A DNA stretch of 64,000 nt from Trichodelitschia bisporula (GCA_010356995.1 ML996688.1:1400579-1464578), one strand, 5' to 3'; shown: positions 51,873 through 64,000, numbered from the stretch's first letter. Notes: generated by a model not told the origin, from the letters alone. Made by a program: numbers and translations.

Positions 51873-54800
51873 CTATTCAGATTTCGACCACAGTGCATAG
51901 ATCTCGTGAGACCCGAGCACCTTGTCAACCAGAACATGCTCCCCAGAATAGCTGAACGGAATCCTGGACTCTTTCATCACAGCAGGGTCAATCAGCTTGC
52001 TGCTCAGCTTGGTCATGAGCGCACCCGGCGGGACTACCAGGGCTTGCCCATCCAAAAGAGGGCGGCGCTCAAGCAGATCGGGCCCGCAGAGATACTTCAG
52101 CTGATCTTGAAGGTCAACAATGCCGGAGGCCAGGGCCTCGTCGGCTAGGCTGAAGCCAGGGAAGCGGCATCGTATTATGCGCGCCTGGGCTTCGTTCCAT
52201 ACCTCCAGCTCGGCGCGAAAATCAGCTATCGGAGGCCGACACTCGATGCGAAGAATGATGCCAGGCCACGAATCATTCGAAGTCGGCCTAGAATCGAGGC
52301 TGCGGCGCTCGTGAATAGTCAGAATAGACCCGCTCGTAACTTCGTAGAAGTCTCCGCCAGCGGACGGGAGTTTCAACTCTGCTTGATCCAGACGCAGGAC
52401 AAAGTCGCTTTCTGTGGTGTATAGCAGCCACTTAGTCTGGTTGCGTACGAAGGCACAGATCGCCGCAGACTTGCCATGTCCGAAGTTAGGTGGTCCTGGT
52501 AATACCAAGGTTTGGCTGGCCCACGGTGTAGCACGGACTCCTCCGGATCCGATGTACACGCTAAATCGCTCTGCAGCGGATGAAATGCACTCGTGGCCGA
52601 ACTTCTTAGCCTGTTGCCATGCACGAAGTACTGCAGCATGCTCGGATAGCTCATCATCCTTGCCCACATCCTGCACACTGAAGTGGCTGTATTCACCAGG
52701 GCTTGATGACTGCAACACAGTGAGCCAGAATCTTCACATGGAGGACGTGGCTTGTTAACTCACCTTCCAGTCCCAGGAAACCCCGTAGTAGTCGAGCGTA
52801 TCCATAGACAGAGCGGCCCGACTTACTTGGTTAAAGTGATGCGAATTGTCGGCTGACATATGTCGGCGCCCCCAATCAAACTTTGAAGGCACTCCCATCT
52901 CAGGAGACCAGACCGTGCATACCGTGAGCATAGCCGGGGCTATCTGCCCGTCTCTGTAGGTCTCCAGCTGACACCAGCTGCATGCTTTGTGAAAGCACAC
53001 CAGGCAATTGCGAGTGATCATGGGGCGAGCTGCGCACATGCAGCAGGTCCAAGGCGCTGCGCTTCTCAAGCTCTGGGTATAGGGCGAAGAATTCAAAGAT
53101 GATGACTGGGGGCGGGAAAGCGAAGAACCTGTCCATGAGCGTTGCTGTTGCGGCGGCTGAGGACCGGGAACGGACTCATGAAGCCGGTTTGTCGAAGAGC
53201 GTCGCTGGAAGGAACGCCGTGTAATCTCATCCTGAGCGATATCTAGGCCAAGAGCAAAGTACTCGCTAAATTGAGAAGTCAGCATCGACCTTTTGGGCAG
53301 CAAAATGGTTCACGGCAGCGTCGACACAGTTTGAAAGGCCGGGAAGGTGAATCAAACTCACTTGAGAATTGCTTTGTACATATGCCACAGAGATTTCTGA
53401 GGAGTGGTTAGCATTCCACCTTAGAAAGTCGCCACCCTGCTTACCGTATACACACAGAAGATGACCTGCTTTAGGCTCGTTTCCTTTTCCTCCTCTAAGT
53501 ATCGCTTAACCTCGTCAACCGCAATCTCGGCGGCCTCCGCAGCAAACGACCCCCGATTAAGGTTGGCAAGCGCAAGAGATTTTAACCCCGCACGGGAAGC
53601 CATTTCGAGGCACGCCCGGTATTGGCGACGAAGCACATGCTTTTGACGTGCTTTGGCAGTGAGGCTCGGGGGAGCACCGACGCTGTGGATAACCTTGGAG
53701 CAGGGCAGATAGTGACCATCGGTCATGACGGCGTCCCCTTCACCACAGTCGGGAAGTTGAGCACAGTCACTCTGGAGTAGAGGTCCAGCAGCGTTGAACA
53801 CTGCCGCCCGGAGTTGAGAAACGCCAATGATGCCTAGCCTTTTCGTTGCGGAGATGGCGATAGCCTCAACATCAAGCTTGGATATGTCGTGTTTCACCAA
53901 GCTTATCCGGTCGGTAATCTGAAGTCTCTGTATATGTGACTCGAGAACGGCAGGGGGCGATGTCGAGCGCTTCTTTTGCGGTTGATCAACAGGAGTAGGT
54001 ACCTCAACTGGTGATCTAGTTGCCGGTTCAACTGGTATGAGCGGTTGAACGGATGTCGCTGTTGATGGTTGAGAAGACTGCTCCGATGGCGAGGACGTGG
54101 ACGGCCTGGGAGGAAAGAAGCGGCTAAGACGGCCAAATTAGTGCCCCAACGTTCGAACTACCGAATGGCCTAGGTCTTCACTTACGGAATTGCCTGTTCA
54201 TATGCAACTCTAATGTCTTCGGAAAAGACGCAGAAAACGATGCGGTCAAATTTCTGTCCTGCCTCACTGTCCAGGAGCGATCGTGCTTCATGAGCGGCAA
54301 TGAGAGCCCCGGTAAAGGGAGGGCACGCAAGACTTCCAGTCAATAGCGACGGAATTGCTATGCTACGCACCCCATTCTCCACTGCAAGGGCAAATATGCG
54401 GCGATAGAGTTTTCGGAGAAAGGCCTCGCCATCCGGAAGTGCCGTGGGCCAAGGTACTCCAGCAGCATGAAAGATGAGTTTGCAAGGCAGTTTGTAGCCC
54501 TTGGTCACCACGACTGATCCAGGTTTGCACTGGCCTATAGCCTTCAAGTCGTTGGCAAGTTCAGGGCCTGCAGCATTCGAAACTGCTCGACTCACGGTCT
54601 TGCGTCCACCAGGTGACAGATCAACATGCGTGGGACAAGCAATGGCGTCGACTTGCATCTGGACGATATCCGCAAAGACGAAAGAGAGTTTGCTGTTGGC
54701 GCTCATAGAATATTCCGCCTTAGCCTGGGAGGATGGTGCAAGCTGTCTGTGTTGATAGAGTTCGTCAACGGTTCCTATCATGTGCAGGGGAGTCGGTTTG

Positions 54801-57163
54801 GTGACCTGTCGTTGGCGGAGTTCTTCAAGTTCGTGGAAATCTCGAGGTTCAATCAGTATCATGGGGTTCGCAGCAAGCTGATCCGTCTTGTTTTTGGAGC
54901 TTTCAGCGGTCAGTTAATGGTCTTTGAAGATGATTGAAGCCATGCCTTGGATCAGTGTATAGCACGAAGTGCAACGCGACATCCAAAATCTTTTTGAATG
55001 TCTCAAAGCGCTTTATGAGGTTGAAACCTTCTTGAGCGAAATGGTTTACCAAACTGTCCCAGTTTCTCTCATTGAGTAAATTGTCCTCCGCACCGCGGCT
55101 TGACAGCTCGAATTGTCGGGAGTAGCCATCAAGAGTCATGGAAAGAGTGTCGTGCAGCAATTCAAGGGGGGTTTCAAGGTCAAGTCGGTATCGTTCTTTA
55201 TCAAAACTTCCGAGCCCCGTGGCAAGTGCATGAACCTTAGAAGATATCTTGAGAAGTTGTTGCGTAGTACTGTGAATGACGACGTAGTTCTTTAGGGTTG
55301 GGAGCTGGTGATTAAGCGCATTGAGTTGGCTAACGAATGCATCGACGCCCTCCACAAACTTGAGTAGACGTGAGGCAAGCGGTATATCATTACTCTCATT
55401 CTCCGCACTGCCTTGGCCGGAGCTGACGGAATCCGACCCGGATGTAGTGTTGTCGTATCCTTCTGAAACCGCGAGCGAGTTTGCATCTCCTTGCTGGCTG
55501 TTGTCGACATCTCCGATAAGAAGCACATCCCGCGGAAGTGAAAAGAGAGCTATGCGTTCGAGGTGATTAGCGATGTGACTTTGCAACCCACCATGGACTG
55601 TAGTGGAATCGGCGTAGCAGATGGGACAGTGAGCACGACTGTCAATTGCGGTTGTCCTGGCAGCTGTCACAACATTGGCAAGCTGAGAGTATGTGAGATC
55701 CTTGCCATGATCCACTTCCAGATGACGTTCGAGAGCGCTTCTGGTCTTGAATACAGCATCTATGTGTACCGGGCACTGCCAGAGTTGACGGTGGGATGTT
55801 GCCTCATGCTCTAGCCACTCACGACGGCTGCGGAATATTTGGTCCGGATGCTCGCAATCGGGATATGTACACATGTATGGTGACAAATCTTGCAGCAGAT
55901 GAGACCTAGATATATGTCAACATCAGAAAAAGACACGTACGGACGAGATGCCTACCTCCATCCCCTTTCGGTTTCTCCATATCTTGACGGACATATGATG
56001 AAGCAATAAGGACACTCGAAGTCTCTGCCGCTTTTTGCGTTCGCTGGTATCCCAGGAATTTCGATGGCTCTGCCTGAAAGATCGCGGGCGGTCGTCGCAA
56101 CTGAGGTAACGGACATGGAATCCACTGCTTCATCCAGGCTGACGTGGTGCTTAGTCGCTTCCGTCGCAGAGAGAAGAGTTTGGGGTGTCCGGTCTGTGGG
56201 CGCAACGGGGACATGAGCGGCATCGCGGATTTCCGTGACAGTATGAGCATCGTTGGCCTGATGGAGTCCCGCCTCCTTCTGCTCATCTCGTGCTTCATTT
56301 TCCAGCTCCAAGCGCAGTTCCTTAGCTACAGCGGTGAGCTTTTCTCGATGTCGTCGCCAGTATCGAAACTGTTGACGCCGACGAGTGACTGCCCTGCCCA
56401 ACCGTTTGACTATGAAGTCATCCTTGGCAAACGGAGCAGAACGACCCTGACGGAGGTCTCGGATCGTGTCCTCAACGAACTGCCTGTCGTATGTAGCGTA
56501 CTTTTCGATGAGATCAACACCGGTTTCTCTGTCCATCTCTTTGTACGAAGCCGCCTTCACTCCACGGGAACGGACAGTGGGGCTTCGAATCCTTATGGAT
56601 AACTTGTAGAGGTTATCAATGATGTCCACTACCTCTGAGAGTCGCATAGCAAGTTCATATCGCGGCACATCATCGTCGTCTACGTCGGTACTGGCCAAGG
56701 AGCTGACAGAATCGCCCATGTCACTCCATCCATCATCGGAAACATCGTCATTTGTCGATCTGAGCTCCTCCATAGGCAACCTGTGGCCATGCACGACATC
56801 ATGAGCTACATGCACCTTAGCCATCAAGCAAATGAGAAGGAGCAAGTCAGTGGTCAAACCTTCAATAAGATTCTGATTCAGCTCCGTCAACAGCTTCGTC
56901 ACATTCTCCATCAACAACGGAGACTCTTTGAGGCGATAATCCAGTGATGAGTGCCCGCGCTGCAGCGCTCCCAGATTGCCACACCAAACCCGAAAACGTC
57001 CTTGTTCATCGACGAGCTCCGACGTGGGCATCGCATTCTGGAAGGTATCGGATCCCGTTGCCAACCCAGCCAAAACGTTCTTAAACAGTATCACACATTC
57101 TGATGCCAGACTACTGATAGTCCATACCGTTCCCGGAGTCTCGTTCATGGCCGTTGCCTTCAT
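51873..57163 (-). CDS. ~1,626-aa multidomain protein: helical N-terminus, C2H2 zinc fingers, two macrodomains, Cys-rich zinc ribbon, unknown C-terminal domain
   Basis: Introns 56859-56806, 55955-55906, 54945-54900 (GC-AG), 54185-54124, 53444-53397, 53361-53266 and 52763-52710 leave 4881 nt (1627 codons) in one frame. Motifs GRFRVWCGNLGA..SLDYRL, FECPYCF, DLSPYMCTYPDC, CPIC..HIANHLE, NAAGPEL..TKGYKLPCK, NAAGPLL..TDGHYLPCS and WTCCMC..CLVCFHKACSWC. The 3' end is less certain. Confidence 0.78.
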
Positions 57164-57748
57164 TGCGGAAAGTTGAATTTGAAAAGGTCCCGTGATTAAG
57201 ATGAGGTTGAGAACTTTGAGATTTGCGCGAGAGCTGTCTCTGCACTGAGAGCCGATGGCGAGACCCCAGACCTCGCTGGGTTCATGTTACATATGTATGT
57301 ATCGGCGTCGAGCAAGGCACTTTCTCTGACTCAAGTGGCTCTGGCAGGCTGTGATGGCTGATGGCCACGACTGACGGCGGGGCAGACTCAAGATGTCGGG
57401 GGCGGTGCCTCGATGTATCTTGGCGAGGATGGGAGCATTTCAAATCCCTTGCAGGCCGTGAGAGTGGCGGTGTCGGTTGCTGCGTGCGAATCGTCCCGTC
57501 TGGCCGCGCCACTACTGCAGGCGGATTCTGGACGTCTGGTCTTTAATATCTTCGTCCTTCCCCACCTAACTCCTTCCTCGATCTCTCCGGAATCAGCCTG
57601 TCCAACTTGGCCAGTTCGACTAATAGAACGTCGGATTTATAGCACAGTTTCTGGCCCCCAAATCAGCCGTACCCCGCACCTGGACATGAGCATATCACTG
57701 TAGAAGAGTGCAACCCACCTGTCTCACGAAGCAGTCAAAGTCAACGCA

Positions 57749-59663
57749 ATGAGCGGCATCGAAATCGCCGGCCTCATTCTTGGAGGGCTGCCGCTTGTCA
57801 TCTCGGCGCTGGAGCATTACAACAACGGGCTCGATCCCATCAAGGCGTTCTACCGATGGGAGCGCGAGCTGCCGCAGTATATCCGTAAGCTGCGTAACCA
57901 GCATGTTCACTACCAGCAGACACTGCGCCTGCTCCTCGAGCCCATCACCGACGAACATGAGCTGGCGGATATGATTGCCAACGCCGATGCGCCGGCGTGG
58001 ACCGACGACCGCATCGCGCAGGCGCTGGAGGAGCGACTTGGTGATTCATATGTTGCTTATGGGGATACGGTGGCGGAGATCAGTCGTGTCATGCGTACAA
58101 TTGCAAGCAAGCTGGACGTCGGAAGCACGAATGTAAGTGCCCGCACAATGGCGAAATGAGACGAGACAAAGACAGGGTTCCAATTCTTACTCTCGTAGAC
58201 CTCTCGGAGTGACCTCGAAGCTCTACTCCTCTCAAAGCAGCGCCCCTCGGGCCGAAACGGCTTCGAATGGAAGAAACGCATCAAGTTCGGCATGTCCAAG
58301 CGTGCCATCAAGACGCTCCTCGACGAGCTGGACGGCTATGTCAAGGAACTAGAGCGCTTCACCGAGCGCGGCGAGAAGCTTGAATCGCAACAAGCGGTTG
58401 GCGCAGGCTCAGGCTCTGTCTCAGGCACCTGGAAAACGTCGTTCGTGGCCCCGCTGGAGCATGTACGTGCTGGTGCACGGCTGCTGCATCAGGCTATGAC
58501 GCAGTGGAATTGCGCATGCGAAGCGTTGCATTCCACACATATCAAGCTCGAGCAGCGGGTTATCGTATCGCGCTCTAAGACACCGAAGCGCCCCAAGAAT
58601 GCGGATGAGCTGCGGTTTCGGGTGTCGGTCACTACGGCTGAGACTACTTTCAAGTGGAATGATGTCGAGGTTTCGGTCCGGCACACCGAACCCGAATCAC
58701 CACCACCCGAGTACGAACAGTACGTATTCCATCCCTCTCTCGTATAGTCTAAATCCTAACCCACCTAGAAACTTGCCGGAGCTCAAACACTCCGCAACAG
58801 CAATATCTGCCTATTCCGTCAAGTCGGTCTCAACCATGAAGTCCTCCCTGACAATGAAATCCTCCGTCACATTCAGCGTAACCGCCCCCTCCATCCCCCC
58901 CAGCGTCCACGACCTCAGCCTCCTCGAAATCGACAACATATGCCACACCCTCCGGCAAGCCTCCCGCACCACCCCACTCCTAGGCTTCTGCCTCGACCCT
59001 TCCGGTAAGCTACGCGGAATATATCCCGTTTCAGACGAGGATACCACCCTCAAGCCCCCTCCACAAGGCACCATCACGCTGGACGAGCTGCTCCGCAGCC
59101 CCGTCATCAAAGGCAAAAGGGCGCGTCTCAGCAGGAAAGACCGCCTCGCGCTCGCCGTAAACATCGCTTCAAGTACATTACAGCTATGTACAACGCCCTG
59201 GCTGCCCGCGCACTGCTACTGCGCATCGGACATCGTCTTCCCGCGCACAGACGGGAGCCCCGCCTTCGACATCGAGTCCGCATATCTGCGCTCCACCCCC
59301 TACGGGCCGGACACAAAGGGCACCAAGCCACTCTTAAACAACGACAACGCCACGCTCCTCGCGCTCGGCCTCATGCTACTAGAACTCTACTTCGGCGAAT
59401 CGAGCGACACCCACACGGAGACCGAAGACCTAGGCCCTAACAACAAACCAAACGCCTTTACTGCGCTCGCCGTCGCCCAGCGCTGGGTGCTCGACGAGCG
59501 TGATAATCTCTCCGCTGGCTTCTTGCAGGCTGTGTCTCATTGTTTGCGCTGCTTTGCTGATCCACGTAGTAGCCTGCATGACCCGCCCTTTTTGCAGGCT
59601 GCTATTGATGAAATCATTGTTCCCCTCCAAGTCGAGCTGTGGCAGTTCACTGGTGCGCGGTAA
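57749..59663 (+). CDS. ~599-aa protein with a HeLo-like N-terminus and a DUF7580-like (kinase C-lobe-like) C-terminus
   Basis: Introns 58133-58198 and 58720-58768 leave 600 codons. Motifs MSGIEIAGLILGGLPLVISALEHY, IDNIC, TITLDELL, RLALAVNIASSTLQL..TPWL, DIVF, LLALGLMLLELYFG and AVSHCLRC. Confidence 0.82.
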
Positions 59664-59683
59664 CCGCGGATTCACGGCGCCGC

Positions 59684-62600
59684 CTACGAAGATGCCCCGT
59701 ACGCCTCGGCTAGCTGCGCTGTATGCTCGTCCAACCCGCGCTTCGCCTGCACAGCGAGTTCGCGCCGCTCGCTAGCCATGTTTTCAGAGTAGCAGAGCGC
59801 GAGGAGGGTGCGCAGCTGCCCCTGATCGAAGTTCCTTTCTCGCGCGGCAGCAACCACGGCAGCAGGTCCTGCGGCGAAGAGTTCGAAGTAGGCCTTTGAG
59901 CGCATGAGAAGGGCATCCGGCTCCACGTTCTTGAGATTATGCTGCACGACCAAGATATTGAGCTGGACGCGGGCGCAGCCGTTTTCATTCATGATGGAGA
60001 TGTTGGAAGCGGCGTGGATAAAGAGGTGGTCGAGGAGATGGGCGAGACCGGTAATGATGAATGCTTGTTGCGGGGCTTGGAGGTGCGTGGCGAAGACTTC
60101 GTCGAAGGTGATCATGTCGGCGTTCAGGGCTGATATCTCCGGATCGGGTTCCTGCAGCCGCTGCTCTAGGCGGAAGGTGCGGCTCATGGAGCGCTTGATG
60201 TGGAAAAAGACGTGGGCGCGCGTTTCGAGATGTAGCATGCGAAGCACCTTCGCCGCGAGCTGTTGGTAGGAGGATACGACGCCGTCGAATGCACTGTATT
60301 GTTAGCATAGCATATATGGTTGAAAAAAGGGAGCATACACAGCGGAGTCTTGATTTAGCGGCAAGAATGCGATGCCTTCTTCTGTAGACTTTTCGGCACT
60401 GGGCACCAGCGTCCACCGTCGCTGGAATGTGTACCTAGATTCGCGCCGTGAGGAATCGATAGACTGGGGGCTGATGTGGCGCATGCGTGCGATTTTGCTG
60501 GCTAGCCATTTCTGCGAGACGTCAGTTTCCGAGCGCCACGTCAAATGACAGGTATACGTACCATGCTGGTGTACATGAGGCACAGCGCCGCCATCGTGCG
60601 CTGGTCCGAGATAACGTCGATCTCATCGATCGTAACATCGCTCGTGGCCTGAATGAGCAACTTGGTTTCCTGCTCGAGCAACTCGCCCGCAGACCCCTTA
60701 TCCGCATTCGCCAGCGCCCTAAGCAACTCCTGCACCTGATCCTCATCATCCAGCATCGCAGCAAACTTCAGCCTCTTCCCCGTCTGCGGATGCGGCACGA
60801 GGCGCGAGACAAGAGCCCTAAACCAGCCATAGCACTTATCATAGTACGTAACCATCTGATTGATAACCAGTTGGCTGAACGCCTGATCATGCGGCAGATT
60901 GCAAAGCATCTTGCAAAACGCAGTGATGAGCGTGAAGAACTTGCCCGTGCCCTTGAAGATGGGCTTTTTGGCCAGCGTCGCCCACTTGGGATCCGCCTGG
61001 AAGGCGTCTGATTCGATGAAGGTCTGGGCCGAAAGCTCCATGAGGGTTTCCTCGAGCTGCGGTAGGAAGACATTGATTAGGAAGTCGTCAAGGAAGGAGG
61101 TTAATGTGCTGAGTGCAATGTCCGATGTCGGTGGCACCACCTCCTTCAGCCGGTTCAGGAACTTCAGCGACGGCGGCAGCAAAATGCCCATATTAAAGAC
61201 ACTTGGTTCGACGAGCAGCTTGTGGCCCGTAGCGCTGCCATCGTACGCATTAGCGGTGCTGGTCTGCACCTCCGCGGGGCGTTTGGAGTCAGACACGAGG
61301 CCCGGAACCGACGACTTTAGAATCTGCTCCAGGGCGTCGCGCTCCGACTCGAGGTCTGCAGACTTAGGGTCCAGGTCGGCTAGCTTGAAGAGCTTCTTGT
61401 TCTTGTCCCTGTTGCGCTGGAACACGCTACCCGCCTTCTCACCGGGGCCGCCGCGGAAGTTTTCGCCATCGGTGGCGAGGTAGTCGTGCAGAAGGGAGCG
61501 GATCTCGCTCTGGTATAGCTTCCAGAGCTCTCGGAAGCCTCCGGTAAGAGACATCGAGCCACGTAGACCCTCACGCTTGATGATGCCAGAAATGACCTCA
61601 TGTACCACACGATGCCCTTCGGCGATCGCCTCGAACCGCGCATACAACGTGCCGAACAAGTCGTTCAGAACCGTAGCCCGAGGGCCATTATCCGTGTCGA
61701 TGGATCCCATGTTGTCCTTCATTCCACGTAAACTGCTCGGATGGCGCTGGTCAACTTCCGCACTCGTCTTCTCCACGATGCGGAATAGCTCCATCGGTAG
61801 GCGCTGGTTGATGGTTTCCACGGCCACGTCGAGCTGGTTTAAGCTGTGTAGTGACTCCACAAGAAGTTGGATGTATGCGAATGATTCTGCTTCAGGGTTC
61901 CGCGTCGGGTCATCCTGAATCGGTTTTGATGTGTCCAGCTTATCCAGAAACTGATACAACAGACGTCCCCTCGTATCCAAGCCGTTTGGCTGGACCTCGG
62001 CATTCTTTGCATGAGTGGCATACTCCTTCCAGCGGTTCTCGCAGTATGGCGATTTGAGGTAAAGGTGGTTATGAAGCTCTTCCCGGAGAATGTCGCCCAA
62101 AGAATGCTCCTGGTTGCTCAGGTAAACCTTCAGATCCCCTAACGCCCCAATCTTGTCCATCTCCGCCTTACGAATAGACAGCAGCGCATCCTGGAGCAAC
62201 TCAACCGCGCTGAGAAAGCGCTTCTCGGAGATGCGCGCCTCCAACTTCTCAGGAATGCCCTGAAGATTCTCACTGCCACTTATTAGCTCTCATCCATGCC
62301 CACATCCGCCGCCTTGCACTCACATCGCCGCCAGTACCTGCAACATATCATCATAATTCCTCGACGAAACCGCCAACTCCTGCAACTCCGGCTTCGACGC
62401 CGCAAGTGCCGTCTTCGCCTGCCCCAGCCCCGCCCTCAACGCCCTCAGCCTAACCTGACTCATCTGAATCGCAGCCTGAATACTATGAAATGTGCCAATC
62501 GACGAATTAAACCCCTGATGATGCTCATTAACAATCACCCTCAACGCACTCTGCAACTCCCTCTGCCTTGCGCGGAAACCCTCATACCGTCCCGCCAGCC

Positions 62601-63063
62601 CAAGCGAGCTCTCATCCAGCAACTGCAGTGCAACCTGCACCGGCACGCACTCCTCCCCCGTCATAACCCCCCACTCGTGCTGGATATCCCGAATCACAGC
62701 CTCCATCTGCTTGCTCCCATCGCCGGCACCCCCGGCTCCACGCCTCGTCGGACTCCGCTGCGCCAATCCCGCGCCCGTACTCCGCCTCTTCGCCTGCGAC
62801 CGCTCCAGACTCGTCGGCCGTGTCACAGCAGCCACAGCACTATTCCCAGCCACGCTGCGCGGCTCACCGCGCGGATCGCTCCGCGCATCGTCGGCGTACC
62901 CAGCATAGGAATCGGCACCATACCCGCCGGCGCGGCGCTCGCGGGGGCGGAAGGCGGGGCGGGATGTGCTGGGTTCGTCGGGTTGCGGGGTGTAGCCGTT
63001 TGTGTAGGAGGGGCCGTAGGCGGGGGTTGAGCCGGTGCGGAGGGAGTCGGGGAGGCGGGACAT
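59684..63063 (-). CDS. SEC8: Exocyst complex component Sec8
   Basis: CVPVQVALQLLDESSLG, VNEHHQGFNSSIGTF, EELHNHLYLKSPY, PEAESF, ATGHKLLVEPSVFN, FLDDFLINVFLPQ and LNILVVQHNL. Multi-exon. Confidence 0.96.
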
Positions 63064-63255
63064 TGTTGTGGTGTTATGTGTGGTTTAGAGGGTGGGGTAC
63101 ATTGCGGTTTGGGGTGGTTTGCGGATGGTGAGGGCGGGTTGGGGGTGGGATTGTGCGAGGATCGAGGTTGCAGGACAGTGCTGTGCTCGTGGCGGAGCGG
63201 ATGAGTTGACGTTCCGCGCCTGGTGGAGAGCTATCGACTTTCGAGGTAAGGTCGT

Positions 63256-63265
63256 ATCACGTGAC
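63256..63265. promoter_or_regulatory. bHLH E-box (RTCACGTGAY, Cbf1/SREBP type) upstream of SEC8
   Basis: atcacgtgac about 190 bp upstream of the SEC8 ATG. Confidence 0.4.
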
Positions 63266-63767
63266 CGCGCGTATGCAGCGCTGCTGAAATGCAACCGCCT
63301 CGCTTTCGACAACAGCTCGAAGAAAGTGGAGTGGATCATTTCTTAATGGAATTAGTGCATGCACTGGAATCAAGGTGCACTGGAATCAAATCATCATCAG
63401 AAATACTCATGGTTATGTTCGCACATGTATATACATCGCGGCCCCACTCCCAACAGCAGCAGTAGAACAGTGTATAGACACCACGCCTCCGACCACACCA
63501 ACTACAATGCACAGATCCATATCACCACAGCCACCAGGTATCCACAACAGCAAGCTAGGCATGGAACAACGGTCAGACTCCCAACTCCCGAAATGCCACA
63601 CGCTCGCAACAAACAGCGCTATCCGAGCATCGCACCCATCGAAAGCAACACACAAGCTCAACAGCTATGATAAACGCCAGTCCATGAGTCCGCCTATACA
63701 TCGTCAAACAAAGCGTCCAAAGTACATATGTACAGACAGGCATCCAGGGAACCGTCGCAGGTCAGTC

Positions 63768-64000
63768 CTAAAGGATAGATAACAACCGGCCTAAAGCCCG
63801 GTCATCGTCCTCCCCGGCATCACGCATTCCGTCCTCCTGGCCAGCCCCTCCCTCATCCGCACTCTCATCCCAAGCAACTTCCTCCATGAGGTCCCGCGCC
63901 TGTCCCCGGTGTCCACTGGGTGTAGCAGGACCACTCTGCGTCTGCCTCAATGGCACTTCAACGCCCAAATCATCCGATTCCACACTAGCCTCTTCTCCCA
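63768..64000 (-). CDS. 3' end of an unidentified gene entering from outside the window (acidic C-terminal tail)
   Basis: Frame is open from the window edge: GEEASVESDDLGVEVPLRQTQSGP...EEVAWDESADEG...RLLSIL*. Confidence 0.55.
   Translation of the reverse strand, partial: GEEASVESDDLGVEVPLRQTQSGPATPSGHRGQARDLMEEVAWDESADEGGAGQEDGMRDAGEDDDRALGRLLSIL

Overview
Intron-rich, gene-dense DNA from a filamentous ascomycete fungus (short GT-AG introns with CTAAC/CTGAC branch points), with about 29 protein-coding loci. Most are recognisable housekeeping genes: SMP3, an acyl-CoA ligase, MSW1, RVS161, AOS1, PBN1, a glucose transporter, SARAF, an HPP protein, ARB1, HSP60, cofilin, a GET5-like gene, NOP2 and SEC8. 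I saw no tRNA, rRNA, CRISPR array or intact transposon. The most unusual part is a ~13 kb accessory block between NOP2 and SEC8. It holds (i) three tandem, co-oriented small genes with Myb/SANT-like helix-turn-helix cores and basic tails, the third disrupted by a frameshift, and (ii) a head-to-head pair. One partner is a manually spliced 8-exon, ~1,626-aa protein (helical N-terminus, C2H2 fingers, two degenerate macrodomains, a Cys-rich zinc ribbon and an unknown C-terminal domain). The other is a ~599-aa protein with a HeLo-like N-terminus and a DUF7580-like C-terminus. This pair is a candidate ADP-ribose-sensing immune/cell-death module (inference). A TauD dioxygenase, GNAT and Zn-cluster-like regulator trio is a second candidate mini-cluster. 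Gene models were spliced by eye, and family names come from motif recognition, not database searches.
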